Assembly: GCA_030615505.1 (NCBI GenBank)
Contig: JAUWZD010000008.1
Span: 104 to 64,103 of the forward strand
DNA length: 64,000 bases
Reading direction: 5' to 3'
DNA from: Spirochaetales bacterium
Lineage (GTDB): Bacteria > Spirochaetota > Spirochaetia > SZUA-6 > DRHE01
In this document: piece by piece, positions 1-10,400 of the stretch
How the letters are laid out: each line of letters starts with the position of its first letter
How positions within the stretch are numbered: the stretch's first letter is position 1
The notes under the pieces: model-generated
The model's database searches: none
What the model saw: only the letters and a program-made list of their open reading frames with translations
What the model was told of the DNA's origin: nothing
Program-made: the position numbers and the translations under genes

Positions 1-589
1 CCCTTTCCACATTTCTCTTATAACTCGCAAGCGAAGCAAACAGCTTGCCTTCCACAGTGCCCTTAACTTCCCCTTCAAGCCTGTCAAGAAGCTCTTCATA
101 AACTATTAATGCATCTGTTTCCCAGTTTGAAACCAATATCTCTATTTTATCTTCTAAAAGAGCATCCCACGCTTCTCTGTGTTCATCCAGATCAGCCATC
201 CCCTTGAGCATGGGGTCTCCGGCTGAGTCAAATAGAATATTCCCAGAACCATCCGTTTCAAAAAGGTACTCAAGATTGGCATTTTTTATCTCGGATAAAA
301 AGCTCAAAACATCAACAAGGGGTAAGGTTCTCTCAAACTTCTCTTCTGTCCATTCGGCAAGCCTTTCCTTTAAAAGTTCCTCATACTCATCCTTTTCCCA
401 CTCCGGCGCTGCTGCAAGGCCCAGGTTGGCTACACTTAGCCATGCCTCAAGCGTTTCCTCCCTGTCAGCACGGTTAAAATACACTAAAAGGCTTTCTCTA
501 CCAGCCGCTTGAGTTTCAAGACCTTCCTGTGCGCTTATGCCGGCAATAATAGAAAAGAACAGGAGTATAGAGAGATACCTTCTAAACAT
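1..589 (-). CDS. Secreted protein of unknown function, N-terminal 196 codons only (runs off the left edge; absent from the ORF track)
   Basis: Hand translation from ATG 589: MFRRYLSILLFFSIIAGISAQEGLETQAAGRESLLVYFNRADREETLEAWLSVANLGL...; no stop to the window edge; Sec signal peptide (ISA|Q); upstream AAGAGGGG RBS; acidic, Trp-rich, helical-looking mature region. Confidence 0.85.
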   Translation of the reverse strand, partial: MFRRYLSILLFFSIIAGISAQEGLETQAAGRESLLVYFNRADREETLEAWLSVANLGLAAAPEWEKDEYEELLKERLAEWTEEKFERTLPLVDVLSFLSEIKNANLEYLFETDGSGNILFDSAGDPMLKGMADLDEHREAWDALLEDKIEILVSNWETDALIVYEELLDRLEGEVKGTVEGKLFASLASYKRNVER

Positions 590-621
590 GAGCCGCCCCT
601 CTTATGAATTAATTATTACAT

Positions 622-710
622 AGTTTGATATAAATCAAGCTGTTTGTCAAATAATTTTGATAGTTTATTGACAAATTTATTTTACCAAATATACTGTATC
701 AAATAATTTT
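622..710. promoter_or_regulatory. Back-to-back sigma70-type promoters between the secreted-protein gene and the export operon
   Basis: + strand TTGACA(668-673)-N16-TATACT(690-695); - strand TTGACA (645-650)-N17-CAAACT; direct repeat TCAAATAATTTT at 647-658 and 699-710. Confidence 0.5.
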
Positions 711-725
711 TGCACTGCAGTATAT

Positions 726-1370
726 ATGAAACAAATCCTTCTAATGATTATGCTGATTCTCATCTTCTCTTGTTCAGAGCAAAAAATAACTCATGAGCTT
801 TTAACACAATATGCTGAAGCGAAAACCCTATATATTAAAGGAAATCTTGACGAAGCTCTTCCACTATTTCTGGCAATAAGAGATAAGGCGCCTGAGTTCT
901 CAAGCAATTCCTTTATGTTGGGAAAACTCTATTTTTTTAAAAAAAATCATGAAGAGGCTGAAAAAACCTGGCTTGAAACGCTTGAGCAAAATCCGAAGCA
1001 TATAGATACAGTTAAGTGGCTTTCCAGACTCTACCTGATTCAGAATAAAGCAGAAGAAGCAGAAAGCTTAGTTGTCAAGGCCTTAAAAAACAGTTCCGAA
1101 GACCCGGAACTCCTGATCCTTCTGGGGAAAATAAAACGAGAGCAGAAGGATTTCAGCTTAGCAAATGAATTTTATATTAAGGCTCAATTTTTTAAAGAAA
1201 AACTCGCAGAAGCTTATATCGATTTAGCAGAAATATATGGGAAATTCGGTCTTGCTGGTAAGGCAGAACAAGAACTTGAAAAGGCATTATTTCTTCTTGG
1301 TGAAGAGAGCAGCCTGTATAAATCGATAGAATCTATTCTTGCCGGGTTAAAAGAGGAGACAAAACGGTGA
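726..1370 (+). CDS. TPR-repeat lipoprotein
   Basis: Lipobox LIFSC; repeated TPR signatures (LGKLYF..EEAEKTW, LLGKIK..A..FY, LAEIY..G..A). Confidence 0.85.
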   Translation: MKQILLMIMLILIFSCSEQKITHELLTQYAEAKTLYIKGNLDEALPLFLAIRDKAPEFSSNSFMLGKLYFFKKNHEEAEKTWLETLEQNPKHIDTVKWLSRLYLIQNKAEEAESLVVKALKNSSEDPELLILLGKIKREQKDFSLANEFYIKAQFFKEKLAEAYIDLAEIYGKFGLAGKAEQELEKALFLLGEESSLYKSIESILAGLKEETKR

Positions 1371-1825
1371 AATATACCTTTATTCTTGTTTTAACAATCC
1401 TTCTATCATCATGCATACTGTTCAAAAGCTCCAGGGTAGAAGATGTTTTTTATAATAAGAGCTATAGCAATGGAATATTAAACAGCAATATTATAATTCA
1501 AAATCTTACAGTCCAGAAAGATCTTGATCATGGAACTGTCAAAGCAAATGCCCAGTATATTCTTGGCCTGCTATCGGCTAAATATAATGAGGATTTAACT
1601 CAAAAAGCTTCCACCCTTTTTGCCCATATAATAATAAAAGAAGCCCCATTTATAAAAAATTATGAAACCCTCAACTCAGTCGCTTTGGAGATTAAACTGA
1701 CAGAAGATCAGGATAAAAAACCTGTGTTTATTTACCTATTAAGTGATGAAACCAAAAATACTATCTCCTCCTATAAATACCTCTATGAGATACTTGAAAG
1801 GCCATTCAAACAAATATACAAATGA
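1367..1825 (+). CDS. Small lipoprotein of unknown function
   Basis: Lipobox LLSSC; GTGA overlap with the upstream stop and ATGA overlap with the downstream start. Confidence 0.75.
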   Translation: MKYTFILVLTILLSSCILFKSSRVEDVFYNKSYSNGILNSNIIIQNLTVQKDLDHGTVKANAQYILGLLSAKYNEDLTQKASTLFAHIIIKEAPFIKNYETLNSVALEIKLTEDQDKKPVFIYLLSDETKNTISSYKYLYEILERPFKQIYK

Positions 1826-3261
1826 AAGGTTTTACAGCAGGTTTCTTTATCCTCTTTCTTGGATTATCGCCCTTTCTATTAAATGGACAAAGCAGCCTTA
1901 ATGTTAAACTAAAGACAATTGATCTTGAGACATCTATTTTTAGAGCGCTTTATAATAGTAGTGACATTCAGTATATGCGCTTCGAGCAAAGAATAGCTGA
2001 TGAGAGAGTTAAATTGGGCTTAAGGCGATTTTTCCCTATCCTTGAACTTGGATTCACCCAGAGTGATTCTGTAACCTACGGCAGCCCGGACTCGCGAATA
2101 AAAAAGCTCTCAGTCGGCCTGGAACAACTTATCTATGATGGTGGGAAATTGGCTCAAAGTTATAAGAATCAAAAAAATGAGCTAAGGTTGAATTCATACT
2201 CATTAAACCTAAAAACAGAGGAGCTAATCTTCTCAGTGATAAATCTATACACGGAGATTCTCAGATTTCGACTGACAAAAGAGATACAGAGAGAAACCTT
2301 CCAAAATGCTCTAAAACAGCTTGAAATTGCACAAGTGGAACATAAACTGGGCATGATCACGGAACTGGACCTATTAGATATAAAATTGGCTGTTGCAGAT
2401 TTTAAGATAGACCTTGAAGAGACAGAACAGGAGGAGAGACTCCTTATGTTTCAATTTGCAAGGATTCTCGGCTCTCCACCGGAGGAGACTCCACTTCCAG
2501 CGGGATACATCAACCCTGAGTATTCAGGATTCATCCAATGCGAGGATGATGATCTCTCTTCCTTATCAGATTATTATACTGAAAAAGCAAAAAAAAATAG
2601 TCTTGAGTTTATGAAAAAAAGTCTTCAAGTATTACAGAGTAGAGAGATTTTGCGTCAAGCAAAATGGAGATGGCTGCCCCAAATTAAAGCTAACTTAGAT
2701 CTTAGCATGTCCGGTAACCGCTTTCCCCTTTCTGAACCAGGTTTTAGCTTTGCTTTAGAATTTGGATTCGATCTTCCCGTAACACCCATTCAAACAAGCA
2801 GCACTTTGGGCAAAAAAGATCCTACTGAGAGATCAACTGGACTAAGCGTAAGCACACAACCCATTACAAACCTTGAAGGGCTCCTCTCTAAAAGAATAGC
2901 TGAAATAAACCTATCAAAAACCTGCAGCGAGTTGGACGATTTCGAAACCGATACCCGTTTCACTATTAAAGAGAGCCTAGTAAAAATAGATAACCAAAGA
3001 GAAACACTTGCCCTTTTTAGAAAGAAGCTGAAAATCGAAAAGGCCAGGTTTAAAATCCAAAAATTAAGAATGGAATTAGGGGAGATTAAGAGAATTGACC
3101 TTTTAAACAGTCAAATTGAACTCGCTGAACACAAAATTGAAATATTGAGTAAAATTGTAGAATTGTACTCAGCTGAGATAGCTTTATTGAGAAGCAGCGG
3201 AGTATCAGGACTGAAAGATACGCACAAGCACATTGTTCTAAAAGAAGAAGTAAGCCTATGA
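1822..3261 (+). CDS. TolC-family outer membrane efflux/export channel
   Basis: Signal peptide; two OEP-like halves (FFPILEL...LEQLIYDGG...LGMITELDLL; WLPQIKA...LGEIKRIDLL); adjacent to MFP and RND genes. Confidence 0.85.
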   Translation: MKGFTAGFFILFLGLSPFLLNGQSSLNVKLKTIDLETSIFRALYNSSDIQYMRFEQRIADERVKLGLRRFFPILELGFTQSDSVTYGSPDSRIKKLSVGLEQLIYDGGKLAQSYKNQKNELRLNSYSLNLKTEELIFSVINLYTEILRFRLTKEIQRETFQNALKQLEIAQVEHKLGMITELDLLDIKLAVADFKIDLEETEQEERLLMFQFARILGSPPEETPLPAGYINPEYSGFIQCEDDDLSSLSDYYTEKAKKNSLEFMKKSLQVLQSREILRQAKWRWLPQIKANLDLSMSGNRFPLSEPGFSFALEFGFDLPVTPIQTSSTLGKKDPTERSTGLSVSTQPITNLEGLLSKRIAEINLSKTCSELDDFETDTRFTIKESLVKIDNQRETLALFRKKLKIEKARFKIQKLRMELGEIKRIDLLNSQIELAEHKIEILSKIVELYSAEIALLRSSGVSGLKDTHKHIVLKEEVSL

Positions 3262-4592
3262 AAAAAAATGTATGCCTTTTGCTACTATTAATTGCTTTAT
3301 CATGCAAGAACGAAACAGAACAGAAAACAGAGGCAAAAAAAGAAATAATCAGTATATCGGTTGCGCAAAAAGAGATGATAAGCTCTGAGTTTCGTTCATT
3401 CGGTATGATTGTCTATTTCAATAAGGCTGATGTATTTCCAACCACAGAAGGCAATATAGAAAATATCTACGCTGAAGAGGGTATGGAGGTAGAGAAAGGG
3501 CAAATTCTGGCTAGGTTGATGCAGCAAAAACTTCTCATCAGGAAAGAAGAAGCAGAAGCTGAAATCGGATCAAAAAAAGCCCTTGTTGAGCTCTCTGAAG
3601 AAAAACTTAAGGAAGCTGTAAAAGCTATTGAAGCCAAACTTATCAATATTAATAATACAGAAGCAGAGCTTGAACAGAAAAAAGCGGAGTTTGAAAATAT
3701 ATCTAATATTTATGAGAACAAAAAGAAATTATTTGAAGTTGAAGGGGTTTCAAAGGAAGAACTTGAATCCATTAAAACTCAATACTTGAGTTATAAAACA
3801 AAACTCGCACAAACAGAAGGAGATTTGGAGATACGGAGAATCGGGTTTAGAGACTGTGACATCATAAAAGCTGGGTATGAAGTTCCTGAGGATTACGAAG
3901 CAAGGAAGAAAATCCAGGTAAAAATTAATACACGCATGCTTGAAGCAGACAAAAAGGTTTCTGAAGCAGAGCTGAATGCTGCTTTATCCAACTTAAGAAC
4001 AATCGATCTTTTCATCTCAGAAACGATTATACGTGCTCCAATATCAGGCATCATCGGTTCCCGCTATTTGGATATGGGAGAGAAGGCCACTCCCGAAAGC
4101 CAGCTTTTTACCATATTCAACATAAAAAAAGTGTACATACAGGTTGATGTGAGTGAAAAAGATCTCTCTCAGATTAGACTTGGCCAGAAGGCGCTAATAG
4201 ATATTGAGGGGGGAAAATCATATACAATCGAAGGAACAGTAAAGTTGATTTCTCCCTATATCAACCCGGAGACAAGAACGGCAAGAATTAAAATAGAAGC
4301 GGATAATACTCATAAATTGCTCTCTCCCGGGATGTTTGTACGAGTGAAAATTATAACCGGCTTACCGGAAGAGAAGATATTCATTCCGGAAGGCTCCGTG
4401 CTTACCGACCAGGAAGGTAATTTCTACCTCTTTTTAGTGAGAAATAACAGGCTGTTTAAAAAACAGGTGGAAGTGGGGACCAAACATGAAGATAGAATTA
4501 TCATAGTAGATGGCATCGAAGAAGGAGATTTAATATGCTTAAATCCCTCTGTATCTTTTAAAGACGGGACAGAAGTGGAGGTAATAAAATGA
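3258..4592 (+). CDS. RND periplasmic adaptor (membrane fusion protein), lipoprotein with a long helical hairpin
   Basis: Lipobox ALSC; lipoyl halves (GNIENIYAEEGMEVEKGQILARL / IIRAPISGII); beta-barrel motifs (VSEKDL..IRLGQ, ISPYINPETRT, LSPGMFV). Confidence 0.9.
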   Translation: MKKNVCLLLLLIALSCKNETEQKTEAKKEIISISVAQKEMISSEFRSFGMIVYFNKADVFPTTEGNIENIYAEEGMEVEKGQILARLMQQKLLIRKEEAEAEIGSKKALVELSEEKLKEAVKAIEAKLININNTEAELEQKKAEFENISNIYENKKKLFEVEGVSKEELESIKTQYLSYKTKLAQTEGDLEIRRIGFRDCDIIKAGYEVPEDYEARKKIQVKINTRMLEADKKVSEAELNAALSNLRTIDLFISETIIRAPISGIIGSRYLDMGEKATPESQLFTIFNIKKVYIQVDVSEKDLSQIRLGQKALIDIEGGKSYTIEGTVKLISPYINPETRTARIKIEADNTHKLLSPGMFVRVKIITGLPEEKIFIPEGSVLTDQEGNFYLFLVRNNRLFKKQVEVGTKHEDRIIIVDGIEEGDLICLNPSVSFKDGTEVEVIK

Positions 4593-6040
4593 AACAATTT
4601 TTTTTATGCGCCGCAGTCTTATTCATTTGCAGCTGCAAGCTGTTTTTTTTTCCGGATACCTCAGGAATTAAAACATCTCCATCCGAACGGGATCAAATTT
4701 TGGGCTTGGATGAAGAGATTTATATTGATTTTGATTTCTCTGTTGACAGGCTTTCAGTTGAAAAAATCTTTTCAGTAGAAAGCCAGGGTGGAACAGCAGG
4801 CGGCAGTATCACATGGGATGGAGACACTCTAACCTTTACGCCGGAACCGGAACTCATCTTTGGTGCACGATACGTTTTAAATTGCAAGGGCACTATACAG
4901 GATAAAGAAGGCAACAGCTATAAATTGGATATTGAAATTCCCTTTTTTTATGGAAGTGATGAGGAGCAGCAGCCCCTGGTCGTATCAGTGAGCCCTTCAA
5001 GCGGACAGAAGGTTTCAGGCACAACACCTGTAGTGATAGGTTTTTCCAAGAAGATAGATACGCTCACTTTTAAAGATGGGTTTGATCTCTCACCGGATAC
5101 TGACCATGAAATTACCTGGAATCCGGCTAATACAATCGTAACGATTACTCCGGATGACCGGTGGCATAATCTCGTTTTATATACTGTAAGCCTGGATGAT
5201 GCGATAAAGGATACGAAAGGTATACCACTCTCAGTGGAAGTTGAAACGAGCTTTTTAGTTGAAGATGACGCCGATATACCGATGGTAGTAAGTGCCGGTC
5301 CGGCAGAAAACGACTGGGGCCCTCCCCCATTCAACCTGATAAGCACAGATCTGAATGATATCACCTACACGGACGCTATCCGAATCACTTTCTCAGAGGC
5401 CATGGAACAGGAAAAGACCGCTCAAGCCTTTTCTCTTACACCGGGTGTTACGGGGGAGACAGTCTGGATAGACGAAGAAAATCTAGTATTTATCCCGGAA
5501 ACAGGTTACGATATGAGCACGGAATATACCCTGGCTATTGAGAAAACGGCAGAAGATTTATACGGAAACCCGCTTTCAGATGACTATATTGTTCAATTTT
5601 CAACGGATCTCACCATACCGATACTGGAAGTATCCTCTATTAAGGCAATTAAAGACACAAGTACGATTGAGATGACTCCTCCCTATGATACTGCCAACCC
5701 GCAGGACTTAGATGACGGAGGCGGGATTCCTGATTATAACTATGAGTTCATATTCGAATTTTCTGAACCCTTCACCACGAGCGAGGAGAAATACCTGGTT
5801 CAAAGCAATATCAATATTTCCGTTGAGTTTGGTGATGTAAGCAGTCCCTATGCTATTGGCCACACCTGGCTGACCGATTATGAATTAAGCATCACTTTTA
5901 CAGGTTTTAATTCCGCTCTGGACTTAGAGTACTATTATATGCTTGAAATAAAAGGGGGGCAAAATGGTATTAAGAACAACGAAGGGAGTTATCTTCCTGA
6001 AGACATCAGGCAGCTTCTAAGAATAAGGATAGAAGAATGA
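4589..6040 (+). CDS. Lipoprotein with ~3 SbsA/Big_5-type Ig-like repeats
   Basis: Lipobox ICSC; repeats P.VVS.SP...I.FS..ID/ME...F.L.P...W......F.P...YT......D..G.PL; very acidic. Confidence 0.8.
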   Translation: MKQFFLCAAVLFICSCKLFFFPDTSGIKTSPSERDQILGLDEEIYIDFDFSVDRLSVEKIFSVESQGGTAGGSITWDGDTLTFTPEPELIFGARYVLNCKGTIQDKEGNSYKLDIEIPFFYGSDEEQQPLVVSVSPSSGQKVSGTTPVVIGFSKKIDTLTFKDGFDLSPDTDHEITWNPANTIVTITPDDRWHNLVLYTVSLDDAIKDTKGIPLSVEVETSFLVEDDADIPMVVSAGPAENDWGPPPFNLISTDLNDITYTDAIRITFSEAMEQEKTAQAFSLTPGVTGETVWIDEENLVFIPETGYDMSTEYTLAIEKTAEDLYGNPLSDDYIVQFSTDLTIPILEVSSIKAIKDTSTIEMTPPYDTANPQDLDDGGGIPDYNYEFIFEFSEPFTTSEEKYLVQSNINISVEFGDVSSPYAIGHTWLTDYELSITFTGFNSALDLEYYYMLEIKGGQNGIKNNEGSYLPEDIRQLLRIRIEE

Positions 6041-7461
6041 AAAAAATAATCCTTCTTATCATCGCCATACAAGTAATCCTGACAGGATGCCGTTTAATCC
6101 AGGATTTTATGAACATGAGCCCCCCGGAAATCCTCTCTTTCTCTCCGGATGACGAGTACGTAACGGCATCTGAGTTATCTGAGGTGTGCATCACATTTTC
6201 TCAAGGCATGGATAAAACAAAAACCGAAGGAGCCTTTTCCTTGACAGAAGGCTCAAGCAGCCTTGAAGGCGTGTTTTCCTGGAAAGAAAACAGACTATCC
6301 TTTGTGCCCTTTTCAGGTTTTAAAACAAACAAAACGTATACCATTCAAATTGAAACCACGGCGGAAGATCGATATGGGAACTCTTTAATGGATGAGTTCT
6401 ATTTTACTTTTTTCACAGGAGAGGAAAAAAACCGCCCTAGAATTGTAGGCCATTCCCCTGCTGCCGGGGCTGTAATTGCCAACCTCTTGGAACCTGTTAT
6501 TATTAATTTTTCAGAACCTGTTGACAAGGAGAGCCTTTACTCAAGCTTCAGTATATCACCCGAAGTCCAGGGAAATTTTACTTGGAATATTGATAACAGT
6601 GTGGTCACATTTACGCCTTTAGAATCCTACGTTGAGGGTGAAGAATACAGAGTGGAGATATCAACAGACCTGGAGGACCTGTCCGGCAACACTTTAGCCG
6701 AAGAATTTTCTTTCCGCTTCCAGGCGGGAGTAGAGACAGATCTCGTGATTAATTCACTAACCACTATGGCAGGCGGAACTGTCATCGAAGATACCAGCAT
6801 CATAACAGTGAATACGGGAATTGAGAAAGATGAAGTGTTTCTAATGGATTTCAATATTCCGGTACCTTTTGAACAAACAACCGGTATCTTTAATATTTCC
6901 CCATCCGCTAATTATAACCTCTACTGGGCTTTAGATTACGAGTCCTGTACTGTCAGCTTTACAGAATACCTGGAATACGGCCAGGTATATGAAATAGTCA
7001 TACTCGAGAATACCTACAGGATCAAGATCGATGGCCCCAATTCCTTGCCTCTTGAAGTTATTCGCCTGACGTTTTGCAATGACAAAACAGAAGTTCCACC
7101 TGTATTTACAACACTTAACCTTAATGATCCCTTCCCTGTTGTAGACTCAAGCACGTCCTGCCTGGATTTTTATATCCACCATGCAACAGGGGCAAGTTTA
7201 AACACTGGCTCCTTTATTGACGCCCTGTCCATTGATTCAGACGCTGTAAGCTTTACACTTCAAAGCATCGAAAATCCTGCAAATGCTTCAACCCCCCCAC
7301 CCAATCCGCCAATTGGTGCGGATGTAACCGTTATTCGAGTAAACTGTGAAGTAAGCGAAGTTCTCCCATCCGGCCTCGTTACCATATCCCTTGATACGGA
7401 TCTTAAAGATTCATTCAATAATACGCTTTTAGAAGAATATATCATGCAGGTAAATCATTGA
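6037..7461 (+). CDS. Second lipoprotein with SbsA/Big_5-type Ig-like repeats
   Basis: Lipobox LTGC; repeats PPEILSFSP..ITFSQGMD..AEDRYGNSL and PRIVGHSP..INFSEPVD..LEDLSGNTL. Confidence 0.8.
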   Translation: MKKIILLIIAIQVILTGCRLIQDFMNMSPPEILSFSPDDEYVTASELSEVCITFSQGMDKTKTEGAFSLTEGSSSLEGVFSWKENRLSFVPFSGFKTNKTYTIQIETTAEDRYGNSLMDEFYFTFFTGEEKNRPRIVGHSPAAGAVIANLLEPVIINFSEPVDKESLYSSFSISPEVQGNFTWNIDNSVVTFTPLESYVEGEEYRVEISTDLEDLSGNTLAEEFSFRFQAGVETDLVINSLTTMAGGTVIEDTSIITVNTGIEKDEVFLMDFNIPVPFEQTTGIFNISPSANYNLYWALDYESCTVSFTEYLEYGQVYEIVILENTYRIKIDGPNSLPLEVIRLTFCNDKTEVPPVFTTLNLNDPFPVVDSSTSCLDFYIHHATGASLNTGSFIDALSIDSDAVSFTLQSIENPANASTPPPNPPIGADVTVIRVNCEVSEVLPSGLVTISLDTDLKDSFNNTLLEEYIMQVNH

Positions 7462-10400
7462 AGCTGTTAGAAAGAGCCGCCGGACATCCCGTATCAGTAA
7501 TTATGGTATATACGGGTGTATTGCTTTTTGGTCTTGTTTCCCTTTTTAAGCTGAATGTTGAGCTACTGCCCACAATCAATATCCCGGTGGCCCATGTTAT
7601 AACAGAATACCCGAATATCCCCTCTTCAGAAGTGGAACAGCTTGTTACAATACCATTGGAAAATGCACTTTCATCTGTAAAAGGCGTTAAACAGCTAAAC
7701 TCAATCACAAAACAGGGAATATCTTCTGTTGATTTGAGATTTGACTGGGGAAGCAATATTGACAAGGTCGCAGTTGAAATTCGAGAGAAAATTGATTCCG
7801 CTTATCCTTTTCTGCCTTATGGGATTAAAAAGCCTCTTGTTTTTACAGAGGATCTATCTGATGTGCCGGTCATTACCCTTGCCGTTTTCCCAAAAGGAAA
7901 CAGCACAATAGAAGAGATTAGTGATACTGTAAAGAAGGAACTGAAGACCAGACTCCTCCAGATAAAAGGGGTTTCTGACTTGCGCATCGTAGGAGCCACA
8001 GAGCCTGAGATAAAGATCGTTGTTGATGCCTATAAGCTGTACGCGGCTAATATTCCGATTAGTCAAATCATTGAAACAGTAGGATCCTCTATCTATGAAT
8101 ACCCGGCAGGAAAAATCACAGAGGGTGATCTTGAGTACCTTGTTAAAGCTTCCACAGGGGTTACAAGCATAGAAGAGATTAAAAACCTGCCAATACTGAC
8201 AGGCACCGGCACAGTAGGTCTTCATATATCAGATCTTGCTGCAGTCTATCCCGGCATAAAGATGAGAACATCTTTTTTTCATATGAACGGGAAAGATGCC
8301 ATCGGTATATTTATAAATAAAACAGGAGACTCAGGAACTTTAAACGCCTCTGGCAATATCCTTAAAGATTTAGAGGATATTAAAGAGATATTTAGAAAAG
8401 AACTGTCCATCGAAGTAATAGAGGACAGATCAGATGAAATAAGGGCTTCAATAAAAAGCCTATTTATCGCGATTGCTCTTGGCATTATTGCCGCTTTTAT
8501 AGTGCTCTTTTTTTTCTTTAAAAAAAGGGCTATACCGCTTATTACGATTATATCAGTACCAGCTTCGATGACATCCGTTTTTTTATTCATGTACATAAGC
8601 AATATTTCTTTAAACATCATCTCTCTTTCCGGTATAGCTATTGGAATCGGTATGATCGTTGATAACAGTATCGTTGTATTGGAAAATCTGCTTAAAAACA
8701 GGGCTAAAAGCCCGAAAGAGATTGCTTCAAGCACTATAGAAATGGGCTCATCAACATTTGCCTCCACAGTCACAACCCTTTTAGTCTTTCTACCTGTTCT
8801 CTTTATACCCGGTATAACAGGCGCACTCTTTAAAGAACTTGCACTTACAATCAGCTTTTTAATAGCTTCATCATTTATTATTTCCATGACACTGGCTCCG
8901 GCACTGTACAGTCTCTTCCTCGCACAATTACCACCTGAACAGGATGGAATGGCTTTTAAAAGAACTCGATTGTCTTTACGTTATCGCCGTATGCTGTGCT
9001 TCATGATAAGAAAACCTGTATTCCCTATTTTTATTTTAGTGTTAGTAGCAGGCCTCGGATCTATGCTATTTTTAGCCTTGCCTAAAGAGATAATTCCGGA
9101 AGTAGACAGGGGAAAGCTCGAAGCCATTTTTTCTTTCCGCAGAGGAATTACAGCGGAAGATTCTTCTTCCCTGACAAAAGAAATTGAGATATCGCTTTTA
9201 GAGCTTGGTGAGGCAGATATTATTTATTCTGAGGCAGGATTCGATAAGACTTCTGTGAAGGATAAGGCAAGCAGCGGGAGAGACTTAGCTACAGTCAGGA
9301 CCGGGATTATTCTGAATAAAAAACGAAGCGCATCCATTTGGGAAGCAAAGTCATTAATAGCAGGACACCTGGAAAATGAAGGCGATTTTAACTTTCAGGT
9401 AAAAATACCTGATGACGTGATTAAGAAGCTTTTAAACGCTGAAGGCTCGATTCAATTTCTGCTTACAGGAACAGACAGGGAAAAACTTATTTATGATGCA
9501 GAAGCTATTGTAAAGCAGGCACGTGAAAAAAATCTGATAAGCATCGCCGATATTGATACAAAAAAAGAAAGCCCTGAGATTCACCTTAATCTAAAGAGCG
9601 ATTCCCTGGCTTACAGCAGTCTGCAGCCATCAGGCATACTTAATGCCATGTCAAGTTCAATAAGAGGAACTGTTGCCACAAAACTTAAAACAGATGAAGG
9701 TGAAACAGATATCAGAGTCAGATTAAGAAAAGAGCAGACAAGCACAATAGAAAAGCTGGAAAAACTGAAAGTGAAATCTCCAAATGGATTCCTGGAAATA
9801 GGCAATCTTGGAGATTTATCAAAAGATCTTGCTTTCAGTGAAATTTTCAGAAGAAACAGAAAAATGTCTGTTGAAATTACATTCCTGCCTCAACCCGGAA
9901 GAGAGAAGATCCTGAAAAATTATCTTCTCTCCATTCAGAACGAATATAACACAACAAGTTCACAAACAGCCCTTGAACGCAGCTTTAAAGAAATCGGTAT
10001 GGTTTTTATCTTAGCTGTTATTCTAATGTATTTAATTCTCGGAGCGCAATTTGAGTCGTTTACAGTACCCCTTCTACTGCTTATATCATTACCTCTATCG
10101 CTTTTTGGAAGCCTGCTCTTGCTTTTTATTACAGGAAAAAGTATCAATATCAACTCATTCTTGGGAATTCTTATTCTTCTGGGAACCACAATCAATACAT
10201 CTATCATTCTGTGTGCCTCTTTCGGAAAAGGAAGTTTTCCTGAGATTATCAGCGGAAGCATCTCCAGGCTAAAGCCCATCCTGGCCACTGTTTGCACAAC
10301 CATCTTTGCTCTTCTTCCTATTGCGGTGAATCCATCTGCAGAGAACACGATCCAGAGTAACACAGCAATCTCTGTAGTCGGCGGGCTTTTTTCAGGAACA

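Noticed and set aside
204..512. 102-aa + strand ORF
   Set aside because: Antisense shadow of the - strand gene starting at 589, which has an RBS and a signal peptide
932..2600. A/T homopolymer runs in the export operon as phase-variation switches
   Set aside because: Runs of up to about 9 nt are expected in AT-rich Lys/Phe codons, and all frames are intact
8279..8887. Long antisense ORFs (e.g. 8279-8887, 25200-25835, 35409-36125, 42247-42735)
   Set aside because: Fully nested opposite well-supported genes, with no recognisable motifs or RBS
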